The notes under the pieces: generated by a model
Databases searched by the model: none
What the model saw: only the letters and a program-made list of their open reading frames with translations
What the model was told of the DNA's origin: nothing
Shown here: one piece after another, positions 26,352-38,390 of the stretch
Layout of the letters: each line of letters opens with the position of its first letter
How positions within the stretch are numbered: the stretch's first letter is position 1
Program-made: the position numbers and the translations under genes
DNA from: Camelus dromedarius
Lineage: Eukaryota
Direction of reading: 5' to 3'
NCBI RefSeq assembly: GCF_036321535.1
Contig: NC_087437.1
Span: forward strand, 55,740,001-55,804,000
DNA: 64,000 bases

Positions 26352-29300
26352 AGAGAAATAGACAAACTCTTAATTCGTGCAGTCTGAGCCTCTCGCCCCA
26401 TTTGTGGATGGAGGCTAGCTGAGTGCGGCGCTATCAGGGGCACACGGCAGTGATGTGAGCTGACTCTTGGTCTTTTGTCTCAGTTATTCTTTGTGTTTAG
26501 AAAAGACACATAATTCACCTATAGATTAAAATAAAAAACAGTTCTTACTTCATTGGCCTCTCTATTTACTTACCATCCTCCCAAGAAGCTGAGAGCTCTT
26601 AATGGATATTATTCAAGCCATTTCTCACCACACCCTCTTAAAGAGGAAGGAAGAGAGCCGGTATTTTAACATCTCAATTTTGTAACCTCCGTCGCACAGG
26701 GTAGTGAATCAGAAACTAATTTAGAAATAAAACCCATATGATTTGTCTTGCAGTTGGGTATGTTTTAATCCAATGGATGTCACTACCTGCTTTTGTTCAA
26801 ATGGGAGCTAGCTGGCTCTATAAAATACAGCTATTAAAAATAGCCCTCTCTTAGATGGCTGAGCAGAGTAGCAAGATGACTTTTCTATCACCTGAGATTT
26901 ATTCAGTGGATGGATTTGGTGATGTTGGCGTCCCTAAGTGAAGGCAAGCAGCCCAAACCCTTTCTGCTATGGAATTACATACATGTAGCCCGCTTCCCAT
27001 TTTACCAAGGTATTTTATTTGCCTTTCAGCAATAGTCTGTTTAGAAAAAGAGACAACTCAGCTGCTTGGAATTGATTGGATAGAAGGAAAACTAAGGAGG
27101 ATATGAAAGAAGTTAAAAAAAAAAAAACCTATCTTGTGAATAATTGATACTGGGAAACAAATGTATTCCAGTATGTTGTCTCTTTCTCTTGAGATTCAAG
27201 GATTAGCACATTATTATATGTAAAATTAAGCTCTCTGGAGGTCCTCCGGCATGGGAAGGAAATCTGGAATTCTAATTTGGGGCTTTATAAATTTACTCTG
27301 CCTTGTATGTTGAAAGGCACTCAAACTTAAAGCAGTCATGAGTTGTAGCGAAAAGTACTGGCTTGGAAATCGGCAGCCTTGGCTTCCAGTCCCCACGCTG
27401 CTCTGCTGTCACTAACTGGCTTGCTGCTGATGCACGAATAACTTCCCCCTCCCGGTCTTGGTTTTCTTATATGTAAAATCGTGGATTTGGACTAGGGATT
27501 ACTCAATCTTCTCATCCTCTGTAATAGATAAAGCACCAATCCCCTGCTTCTGAATTCAGCCTTGCTAGGACGCCTCTTGTGTCTTCATGTGGGAACATAG
27601 CACAGGCAAGCACATTTTCCAGAACCATCAGTGAAAGCTCATATAAACCCATGTGTTCTGTTCGGAACATAGAACAAAACCTGTTCTAAATAACAGCTCT
27701 GTTGCCTGGAATCTCAAGACTGTGTGACGGTCTTTCTTTTCTTTCCGTTCTCTAAGGGCAAGGGGGTTGTGGGGTGGGGGGGGTTGGGTGGACTTGCAAA
27801 AATCAGAACACAAAAGCAACACTTTTCTATCTGAGAAAATGAATGCTTCCTAACCATGGCTTTTTGTGGAGGCGAGGTGGGCGGTGAGGGATCGCACTCC
27901 GAAGATTAGTCATAAATGTGAATACTGTCTGGAGCTGGTGAAAGAAGCAAGTCCCTCCTTCGGTGCTGCCTCTGTCTTCCCGGTGAGTCCCGGAGGCGGT
28001 GTTCCTTCCAAACAACTACCGGCCTAACCAGTTCATTGGAATGTCTTTCTACAGACTGTCTCCTCATTCAGATTTCTTCTGAAAAGGAACCTCTCTAAAA
28101 GCATAAATCACGTTTAAAAAAAAAAAAAAAAAGGTGGTAAATGTTGTGCTCAAAAACTTCTCCTTCGGTTTGAAATACATGCAAACAAACCTACCTACTC
28201 TACCTGGAAACAGCAAAAACAAAAGAAATTAGGACACTAATTGCCTTGCTTTTTTTAAGTAAGACAGTTTTCTCGGGGTTGCATTTGTCCTTTGGGGGTG
28301 ACAGGAATTAAGCTCTTTTGATACAAGCTTTTGTCTTTATCACATGCATACCTCCTGATCCCTCATTCTGCAGCTGAGGGGTGATTTTATGAAAATATTA
28401 ACTGTATGTTGTCTTTGCTGACATTTTTAAATAAACAATAAGACGTGAAGCAAATGTTACAAACTATCAAGGGACACAAATCTTGCCTTGTAACAAATCT
28501 CACCTTCATACAAACATAGAAAAAGGTCTTAATCTATGAGAGAAACTTAGTAATTATTGAGTATGTAGTTTAAAAATTTTCTTCGTTGTATAATAGCATC
28601 TCTTAGGCAATAACCAAGGTGTCCATGAAGTTTTTCTTTTTCCTTTTTTTTTTCTGATGCAATTGCTTATCTAGTGCTACCAACAGCCTTGAGTGGTAAG
28701 GAGTCACATAATATTTTCTTATTCTGATTGTGTACAATTCCTAACTAAATAGGGATAGTTTGTGACTTGAATTCAGTGGGGGGGGGGGGGGAGAAAAAGT
28801 GTGTCAATCTCTCAATTTGTGCAGTGAAAATGGGATACTACACAGAGTCCTAGAAGCTGAATTCCTTACTGTGTCTGGTCTGAATGGTGGAGGATAAAAC
28901 AGGCATTTTTTTTTTTTTCCTGATTTTGTTTTGGAAGGAATTCTGAGAATCATTTGAGTTTTGGCAAATTTGAGGGTTTTTTTCATTTCTGGTTCCCCTT
29001 TTGTCACAATATAATGAAATTATCCTTAATCATTTATCAAGAAGTTTAGCTAAAGAGTAGCCCATGGTTAGAAAACCATATGTCTTATTTTTCATCATGT
29101 AGAGTGTAGGATGAATTGTCTGATGGGAAATAGAAACAAGCTATTATCTTATGACTGAAGTATAAGAAGAAAGGGACTCTTGGTTCAAACATCCCTATAG
29201 ACTGTGAAATCTATACCAGAAAAAAAAATAAAAAAGACTGTTGTCCAGAGAGGAGGATGTTACCTTAGAAGTTTGCAAATCTAAGTTCTGGTCATGGATT

Positions 29301-30351
29301 CTGTACCATTTTGCTGAGTGACCTCACACGTGTCACTAACCCTCTCTAGTTGCAGTTTCTTCACTTACAAATAATCTAGGTAAATGATATTCAAATCTAG
29401 ATATCAAAGTTTTCCTAGAATAACCCATAAAAGTGAAATCTCATGCCAACACATAAAACAAATCAAGTATTATTTTATTATTAGAGATTTATTTCAAGGG
29501 CTAAGTACTTTGGGCTCCAGGTTCAAATACCCTGGCATATGAATAACTAACCCTCTCTAAGCTTTAGGTTATTTTTGTTGTTGTTGTTGTTGTTACTTGT
29601 TTTCTTTTATAATATGGGATTAATACAACTACTGTGAAAACTAAATGAGATAGTAAATATTAAAAGATTATCTCAATAGTATTGCTCAATAAATGTTAGC
29701 TTTTTAAAATATTTACTTTTTTAGTAGGTCAGTCATGGAACACAGAGGGTTGTTGTAAATAAGCACAATTTAAGGAGTGGTTTGTCTAGAAGTTACAGTG
29801 TTTTATAAGCCTCAAGATCCAGTTTTTAGATTTTGGTATAGGAGTTATTTTTATTATTATATAATTCTTTTTTTAAATTATTGAATCACAAATATTATAA
29901 GTATTTGCAAGGTATTCTTTTAAACTCTCTTTAAAATCTCTGATAATTGTTCATCAAATTGCTCCAAAATCCTGAAAGATCAATAGCTTTATAGATATAC
30001 AACTATTATATAGTTAATATATACACTATATATATGTTTTATATGTATATGTATGAAGTCAAAGCATTATTATCAAACAGTTGCTTTAATTCATTATCAT
30101 AAGCAATAAGCAATTCTGGCCAAAAAATCCCAAACTTGCCATATGCACTAAAACTACCCATGATGTAAAGCACCTACTGTGCAGTAAGGGTTGACTTGTC
30201 ATTGTAGAGTTGATTTAACATTAGCTTGTGACAAGGACACGTACTAAAAATTTATTTGGCAGTGGCTTATGGATGCTGTAGTGAGAGTTCACGGATAGAT
30301 TCAAGAGCACAGGATGGATAAAGTGCATTTGATGGATCAAGTGCAGGCCTG

Positions 30352-30352
<1 letters not shown>

Positions 30353-30396
<44 letters not shown>
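30353..30396. repeat. (CA)n microsatellite (~22 units)
   Basis: Direct inspection. Confidence 0.95.
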
Positions 30397-30401
<5 letters not shown>

Positions 30402-33296
30402 ACTTCCTAGTCGGTGACATTTACAAGAAGTACAGGTATGTGCACAGAGATACCCAGAGAAACCTCGTTCTGTGTTCAGCACACAAGCAAGTTAATTTGG
30501 CTGTTCAGATCTAATGCTTACTCCTTAAGTGGTTGTGTGATGGAGGGCAAGATATTTTATCTCCCTATGCTTCTTCCCTCACTTGACAGATGTGGATTTT
30601 AATGGTACTTCCTTTATAGGCTAATGTGAGTATTAAATCAGACCACATAAATAAAGCACTAAGAATCATGCCTCGCCTTAAGGAGTGCTTCACAAATGTT
30701 GGCTATTGTTTTCTGACTCTATTTGGGCATGTGTATATACTTTTTTAATGTTTCATAGTAAAGGTACTATAACGTATACCATTCTCCAAAATTTTGAACC
30801 TATGTAATGATCAAGTTGAATAACAGCATAGTGGGTAAAAAGAAAAGTAAATTTTTATTTCATTAAATGCCATCTCTAGTTAGCCCCTTTGAGAAGACAT
30901 GACATTGAACAACGTTGTAGATGTTACGTGTGCGTGTATTTTTGTTGCAATTCACGTCTGAGAAACCAGTTCTGTCATCTATTTGGATGAGAGGTTGTGA
31001 GTCCAGTGGATGTAGGAGTTCTGATTATTCCTTGGGATTCTTCCCCTTGGTTGGTATTCTTTTGAATCACAATAATTTGTTCAGAATTAATCTAATAAAT
31101 AAAATAATGTGGTCTTTGAGTAAAAATATGATTATAATAAATAAATACTGTAGATGATTTAGGGACCTAGTCTGGGATGTATCGAAAGAGAAATAAAACT
31201 CTTTAAATGACTATGCCCATTTAGACACTCAAAACACGCTACCCTTCAGAGTGGGCACCTTGGGCAATTCTGTTCCTGGACCCTCTCCTTGTCACTTGGC
31301 TTCAGTGAAAGCTTATCAGGAGCATAAGAAAATGTGTCTATATTTTAATGCTAGTTTTTTTCTGAATGAGAATCATCTTATCCAATTTGATCACTCATTT
31401 TATACACTAAATTTGGCTGAATATATTTTTGGTTCACTTTTTTTCTTTTAAGGCTAGAAATTTGTCACCATTGATTACATTCCAATAATGTGTCACAAAC
31501 TGTTTCATAAATTACAACAGATTGTTCACCAGGCTCAAAGTTCCATGAAAGCAGGAACTGTTACTTTCTTCTCTATAAAATGCACTACAAAGTCTGGCAC
31601 CGTTTCGTGTTCAACAAATGTTTGTTGAATGGTTTGGAGATACACTGGGCTCACCTCTTTAAGCTGTTAGCTCCTTAAGGCAGTGGTCCAATCCGAGTCT
31701 TCTAAGTGCCCTATAGAACCTAATGGAAACTCCTTAACAAGCAGCCTTCAATCTGTTAGGTTAAAATCAGGTCAGTCCTACTTCTTTGCTGTCTTGATGT
31801 AACTTTTGAAAACTAGATGCAGTTCCCCCCATCTATTTCTTGTCCATCCTTGTAGGACTTTTTTCATTCCCATCTGTTTTCTACTGCTTTTTTTGTTCAT
31901 CTGGAATGTGAAAATATTAATTTAAAATGCTTCTCTGACATCAGTGAAGCAATTTGCAATAGCATTAAGCGACAGAAGTTTGGACATTTGGGGAATTATC
32001 AAAACGTATTGTGTCTAGAATGCTGTTCTCTTTTGCTTTGAAGAACATTTTTTTCTGACTTTATGCAAATGTGAAGAGGCTACTCCAAGTCATCTCTGAA
32101 GACTGTTAGGACAAAACACTTAATGTGGCAAGTTTTCTCTTGAAATGAATCAGTCCCTTCCACTGTACACATCATGTTCTGTGTCAGAGGTTTTAGTTTG
32201 AATGAATCGAGGGTAATTGTACTACGGATTGAGAAAATGAGATGCATTAATTAAAAACAAATGAATAATTAAAATATCTTATGTTTGAATAACCTGCCAT
32301 TTTTTAAAAGTTACTTCACATCCATTATCACTCCTGATCTTCACAACTATGTGAAGTGTGTATCTCATGCCATTCTAAGTATATTAGCTCTTTGGATTTG
32401 GGTGTAATTAAATGTTATTAAAAACCATTTAACTCCATTAGTATACAGGTTAGTATGTATGACTAAATGAAAAGCATACGCAGTGTTTTATACTGTTAAA
32501 CAACTGAAAATATAGACCTTGTTTGGACCTCCAAGTTAAAAAGAAAAGTATCTCAAAGATGTTTTCTTTAACAATGTTTTATATTCTACCTCCAGGTGAC
32601 ATTTATTATATTTGTATAATATATATATAGTGTCATAATATTATATATAATATAACCATGAAAGATATTTTCAACACTGACCACCTGATTGGCCTTAAAG
32701 AAGCCATCACTTTTTAATTATTCATGATTTCCTTCTTTTCAATAACAAGCTCCTTTTAGACCTCCTGAGTTGAATATTTGGGCACACTCTATTGTATCAG
32801 TACTACTTTGAATAGAAGTTTGTTTGGTTGATTGCTAGTTATCAGAGATGAGATCTTGGCTCTCATTCAACTTAATCAAAACACGTCTGGGCAGTGTCTG
32901 CTAACGTCGATCAACCAGTCAGTTCTCACCAATGTTCGGCAAATTTATTGATTCACTTCTTAAAATGCATTGAAACCTTTCTCTAGGGAAGACTCTGGTT
33001 AATATTTGTATGTCCAACCTAATGGTTTTAGATGGGATACTATCCTCAGTAGGTTTTGACAGAATATCGAAAACCTTGTTTATTGGCTGCAGTGATGTGA
33101 TAAATCGTGCTTCTGTTTACATGGCTCATTGTAAGGGTTTGGAAACACTCCTTTGATGTGCTAAGAGCAGCTAATGAAGACAGTTAAATAAACAAACCTT
33201 TCTCATGAATCTAGGAGTTCATACAGACACAGTCTGCTAATTTGCTGCTTGAACCTGGTCCAAACTTTCAGGTATCACTTCGCAAGTGGAACACCT

Positions 33297-33397
33297 TATT
33301 TATTTATTTATTTTTAATGGAGGTACTGAGAATTGAACCAAGTACCTTGTGTATGCTCAGCATGTGCTCCACCACCTGAGCTAGACCCTGACTCCCC
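33297..33397 (-). mobile_element. tRNA-derived SINE, camelid Vic-1-like
   Basis: Reverse complement ggggagtcagggtctagctcaggtggtggagcacatgctgagcatacacaaggtacttggttcaattctcagtacctcca + (AAAT)n tail. Has Pol III A box (tagctcaggtgg) and B box (ggttcaattc). TSD gaacacct at 33289-33296 and 33398-33405. Confidence 0.85.
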
Positions 33398-33469
33398 GAA
33401 CACCTATTTTGAATTTAATGGAAAGCCAGCTTGTTTTTCTTCGTAACTGAACACTCCTTTGACACTTAG

Positions 33470-33640
33470 AGTGTCAGTGCTGGAACGGGCTTTAGAGGTC
33501 ATCTATTAGTTCATGGTTTTTCACCAGTAAGAAAGCAGAAGCTCAGAGGAGTGAAGTGACAAGCCTGAGATTACACTGCCAGCTGGTGAAGAAGTCAGCC
33601 TAGAATCCAGGTTTTCTGATTACTTCCACTACACTGTGAT
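33470..33640 (-). mobile_element. MIR SINE
   Basis: aagaaagcagaagctcagaggagtgaagtgacaagcctgagattacac...ctagaatccaggttttctgat. Confidence 0.7.
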
Positions 33641-35847
33641 GTGTTTAATTTTTTAATGGTACATAATATATCGTGAAACTGTATTTCACCATTCAGTGTG
33701 TGCCAGCTGGAGACTATCAGACTTTTTTTGGATGTTAAATAATTGTTCTGACATTGTCATTTTGCCTAACTGCCACTCATATTTACCTGGAGAAAGTATC
33801 GAGACATTTCCTCTAATGTGTTTGGTGTTCACTCAATGCCAAGTTCAGTGCCTCGACAATCGTGTTTGATGGAAGGGGGAACTGAATTTCCGCCTGGTTT
33901 TCAGGACTTGTGCTGTAAGCGCATGCCACCCCCGTTCCGCAGATACTCTCGCCTGCAGCCTCAAGGGTGTAGCGAATTAGTCTTGTATGAGAGTCTGCTG
34001 CTTCTGGATGGCTAAGCCAGGGATCAGACCTTCCCTTCACAGTAAGACAAGCTGCCAGAGAAGTGATTGATACTGCAGACAGAAGTAGGACTTCAAGGAA
34101 GGAATAAGCAGATAAGTGGGGTAATAAGTAGATAATACTATTGCTTTGCACTTAGTGTCTTTTATCCGAGCTTCTGAAGGCAGCTGTATCCCTCGGTGAA
34201 AAGAGAGAATGGGGTCTCTCTTTTCACTTGGTGGTCACCTCCATGATCAATAAATCAGTGAAAAGATTTCCAAAGGAAGACCAGTGATATTTTTTTTTTT
34301 CTTTTTGGGAAGCGAAGCCACCAGAACATGAAGCAATCGCTCTAAAAGTTATCTTGATCTTGGTACAGTGTTCTGTACGCACTCTCCCCTACAATGTTTG
34401 GATCTGAAAAAAGAAGCTTCTACTGTACCAGCTAAGACACTTACTATATTTTTTAATCCTTTCTGATCATGTCAGACTATACTCCCACTGAGTCTCATTC
34501 TTGCATTTCTTTTTCTCCTGAAAAACGTCCCTTGTAAATCTTATTTTCAGGTCAAAGTCCCTAGAGAGTAAATCTTTCAGACAGCTTCAGCCCATTATGC
34601 CTCCAAGAAACCTTTGTGAAGTGAGGCTGTGTTTAAGGAGGCTGATGGACTCAGGGATCTCTTTGAATCTGCCTTCATTAACTTTGTACACATCTTGTTA
34701 ATTCAGACGAAGAAGTTAAGCTGCCAAGCCAAAGTTGTTTCCTTTTAGAAGCCTATGACTCAAAATTCAGAAGCCTGTTCTCAGGAGAGTTGGAGACCAG
34801 TACTGGCTGCCATATGTTTTTGTAGGTGAGGTAACTTTGTTCCTTATTTAACAGAGACAAGAAAAATTTTCTAGGCAGTAAACTACTATATATGAATATT
34901 AAGTGATATTGAAAATGTTGTTGCATCATCTTTTTCATCTAATTTTTTTTGTTTTTTTGTTTCTGTTTTCTTTTGTTTGCTAGTTGACTATGTTGTGTGG
35001 AAAGGGCATTTTTGTTGTTGTTTTTTTCTTTAATTATAGAAATCTCAAGGTTAGGGGCAATCTCAAAGGTTATCAGATCTGACCACCCAAGTTGTCTGGC
35101 CTTCAGCTCCATAATTACATTATGTAAGTAACTGGCATAATCTTAGAAGGGAAAGAGGACACAGGTTCATCCAGGCTGTATCCCTGAAGATCAGAAAAAC
35201 ATCACTGGATATGAGGGGAAAAAAACCCAAACAGCCACTTAAGTCATAGATAGATGTCTCATGTCCCATATTCTATCACTGGCTATGTGGGAAAAAATCC
35301 AAAACAACCTCTTAATTAATCATGAAGACAAATTTCCTTTATTTGAACAAAAAGCATTTCCTTTAAAATAGATTTCATTTGTGGCAGAAGATAAAAAAGA
35401 ACCATGTATATTCAATAATGCCTCGACAGCCATCTTTCATTGTGACCGAATTCTGTCAGCTAATGGTTCTCAAGCTGAGATAATGAAAGATAAAATGGGA
35501 AAGTTGTGTTCGTCTGTGTGTCTGGGAGAAGGAGTGTGGTAAGGAGAACCCACAGGTAGTACACATCTCGGTCATCTGGCAATCTCAATGTGCTGTTGGC
35601 AATTCTAATCTCCTTTTGTCCCCTTCCACTTGGTCTCATTTGACAGTTCTCATCATTACCTTGTAAGTGAGGTGATGTAGGTGGTGGTATCCCCATTTAA
35701 TAATTGTAAAAATGGAGTTTCGCGTGTTTGCCAAACCTACAGATTTAGCTAGCATCAGATCCAGGACTTTAAGGCACACCTTTTGACTTAGAGCTACTGC
35801 TCTCCCACCCAAATAAATGCAAATGCTCTCGAATATAGCATCAGCCA

Positions 35848-36177
35848 CAGTTGGTTTTCCTTATCTGCAGGTTCTACATCCTCAGACTCAACCAACCAGG
35901 GATGCAACCACCTATGCATCAAAAATATTTGGAAAAAAGACCCAGAAAGTTCCCAAAAGCAAACCTTGAATTTGCCATGCCAGCAACTATTTACATAGCA
36001 TTTACTTTGTATTAGCTATTATTGCAAATCTAGAGATGATTTAATGTATATGAGAGGATGTGTGAAGGTTATATGCAAATACTATGTCATTTTACATAAG
36101 GGACTTGAGGATCCATGGATTTCGGTATCCATGGGAGTTCCTGGAACCAGTACTCTGAGGATACCAAAGGTTGACTC
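35848..36177. mobile_element. MER2-type (TcMar-Tigger) DNA transposon
   Basis: cagttgg...tatctgcaggttctacatcc...caactatttacatagcatttac...ggttatatgcaaatactatgtcattttacataagggacttgag...cctggaaccag...ggatacc. Confidence 0.85.
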
Positions 36178-37974
36178 TATAGCACATCAGTCTGTTGATA
36201 CGGAGAGCTGTGCAAATGTTAGTAAATACTGTTATCAAAGAGCCATGCCCTCAACTGGCCATTTTGAGTGCAAGTTTTTCTACAGAAAGGAAAGAGAATT
36301 AAAAATTCTGTGCTAATAAGTCATTTGCCATGAGCTGAATTCACTTGATTTAGTTTAATAGGCGGATAAGCTTTTTACAACTCCAAATTCTATTCTCCCT
36401 GCTCTGTTTTCTTTACTTCCACTATAAAGTAAAAACAACCTTCTACATAACTACGTGGATTCTAATGTCACTTTTTTCTTCTTGTTTCCACATAGTTTTG
36501 TCTTTCTATTAGCTTGAGTGTGTTCTTTTGTTCCAAGATTTTGTAATTTTCAGTATAAGTGGGAACCAATTATACTTCTTTGAGTATCTGGAGCATCTTA
36601 TTATCAGTTTTTACAGGTGTCTAACTTCTCCTTTATCACTTAATTCATATTTCTTTTAACTTTTAGAAGACCAAAACTTAAAACTGGAAAACTTTTCATC
36701 ATAGAGAAACAGAGAAACATTTATCGATACCTTAATGTATTTATGAAAATCCATCATAGTGACTAGAACTTACCAGATTTCAAAGCAGAACTTGAAGCAG
36801 TTGAATGAGGTGCATGCGCTGCAATTCTGGTACCTTTAGAATACAAGCCGTGGTGGCTTATGTAAACATGTATTTCTTTTAGTTAAGTGAAATGGTTAAT
36901 GTAATTCTCTCAAATCAGGATGCAATTCTAAGAATCAGGTTGCAACGCTAAGAATGAAGAGAGCCACCTCACATTCACAAAATAGTTGCAAAACTTTGGG
37001 GTGCTTATTTTCCATCTTTGAGTTTTACATTGTCTGTTTCTAAAATGAAAAGTTCTGGCTCTATGATTTCTAAAGTTTCTTAATGATATGATAGTCTCTA
37101 GTTCTATTTTTACCAGTGCTTAAAATTACTGTTCCTATTACCATCACTGTAAGTCAGGCATCCTCTTTAATCCCTTATCCTTGGAATACTATGTTTCCTT
37201 CCAAGGAAAGCGATGGAGCTCTTTCTCCTCTCCCTGATCTGCTTGCTGGGGCACAGGAAGAGAGTGCCTTCTTGTGGGAGTGTCTACTTACAATCCTAGG
37301 AAATAATGAGAAAAGGAATTAAGAGCAGATTCTGAATTGATGGCTAACTAGTGAAACCCATAGCCTTATCAATCAATAATGATGAAGAAATGGGTCCTTG
37401 TGTTTGAATCCCCAGACCATCTTGAGAACACAGGCCAGCCCCTGCTGAGTTAGAGTCCTCCACGGCTGTGGATCTGTCAGAGGACTGGTTTGCTTTACAG
37501 TTCTAAATGTGTTAGCCCCAGGTAGGCAGAGCACTGAACTCTCTAATTAGCCTTGCAGGTCAGTCTTTAAAGAAATAAGGATGCAGCTTCTAGCAGTTTC
37601 GAACGGCATTCTGTGCATTGTTTGCTGAAGGTCAGAGGGCAAACACTATTGTGACAGTTGGGCAGACCTGGCAGGCACGCTTCTCTGGACGGGATGAGAG
37701 GAAGACGAGCAGTTGATGTTGACCTTTGGTGACAGTGCCTCATATTCTAGGGTCTTTTTGATATTCTTTTAATGCACATGAAGATTTTCCATTTTTAATC
37801 CAAGGAGTTAGAAAGAGAGTCATAGGAAATAAGAGATAATCTAGCCTACATCTTTATCTACAGCAAAGTTTTAAATCAGAACTCACAAAGGCTCAGTTAC
37901 CTTAGTTACCTTAGTATGAGAAAGATAAGGGTAACTGGAGTCCGCCACGGTCTTATTCCAATGTATCTTTCCTG

Positions 37975-38390
37975 CTCCATCTCCCATCTCGCACGTCCTC
38001 CCAAGCTCCCCTAACTCCATCATACTACTCTGAATACATAATGTCAGGTCTCTGTCTTTTGGTCCATGATGTTGTTTTCATTCAGGAATGTTTCCTTCCT
38101 CTTCTTCCCAAATCCTTCTTCAACCTTAAACATTCAACTCCTTATCTTCCCATGGGGAATTAATCACTCCTCTAGTGTTTCCTCAGAACTGCCACTTGTA
38201 GCTTAGCACCTAGTATTTATTTTAGTTACTTTTTTACATACATTTCGTTCTGACTTTGTAAACATATTCATTTTTTTAGATACATCTCTTCCACTAGATT
38301 AGGAAGTCTGAGGACAGATACTGAGTTTTATTCTTCTTTGAGTCTTATTGCAAGACTGTACAATAAAGTATATTCAGTTAGTGTTAAAAA
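37975..38390 (+). mobile_element. L2 LINE 3' relic
   Basis: Pyrimidine-rich body ending ccactagattaggaagtctgaggacagatactgagttttattc, typical of the L2 3' end. Confidence 0.6.

Noticed and set aside
27654..27687. Cluster of AGAACA/TGTTCT steroid-receptor half-sites
   Set aside because: Spacing is 5 nt (AGAACA-aaacc-TGTTCT), not the 3 nt needed for a canonical GRE/ARE.
28778..28791. G14 homopolymer
   Set aside because: Simple mononucleotide run with no supporting context; length is also unreliable in assemblies.
33318..33390. tRNA-like sequences here and at 63472-63540
   Set aside because: A-rich tails, TSD and degenerate stems show they are SINE heads, not tRNA genes.
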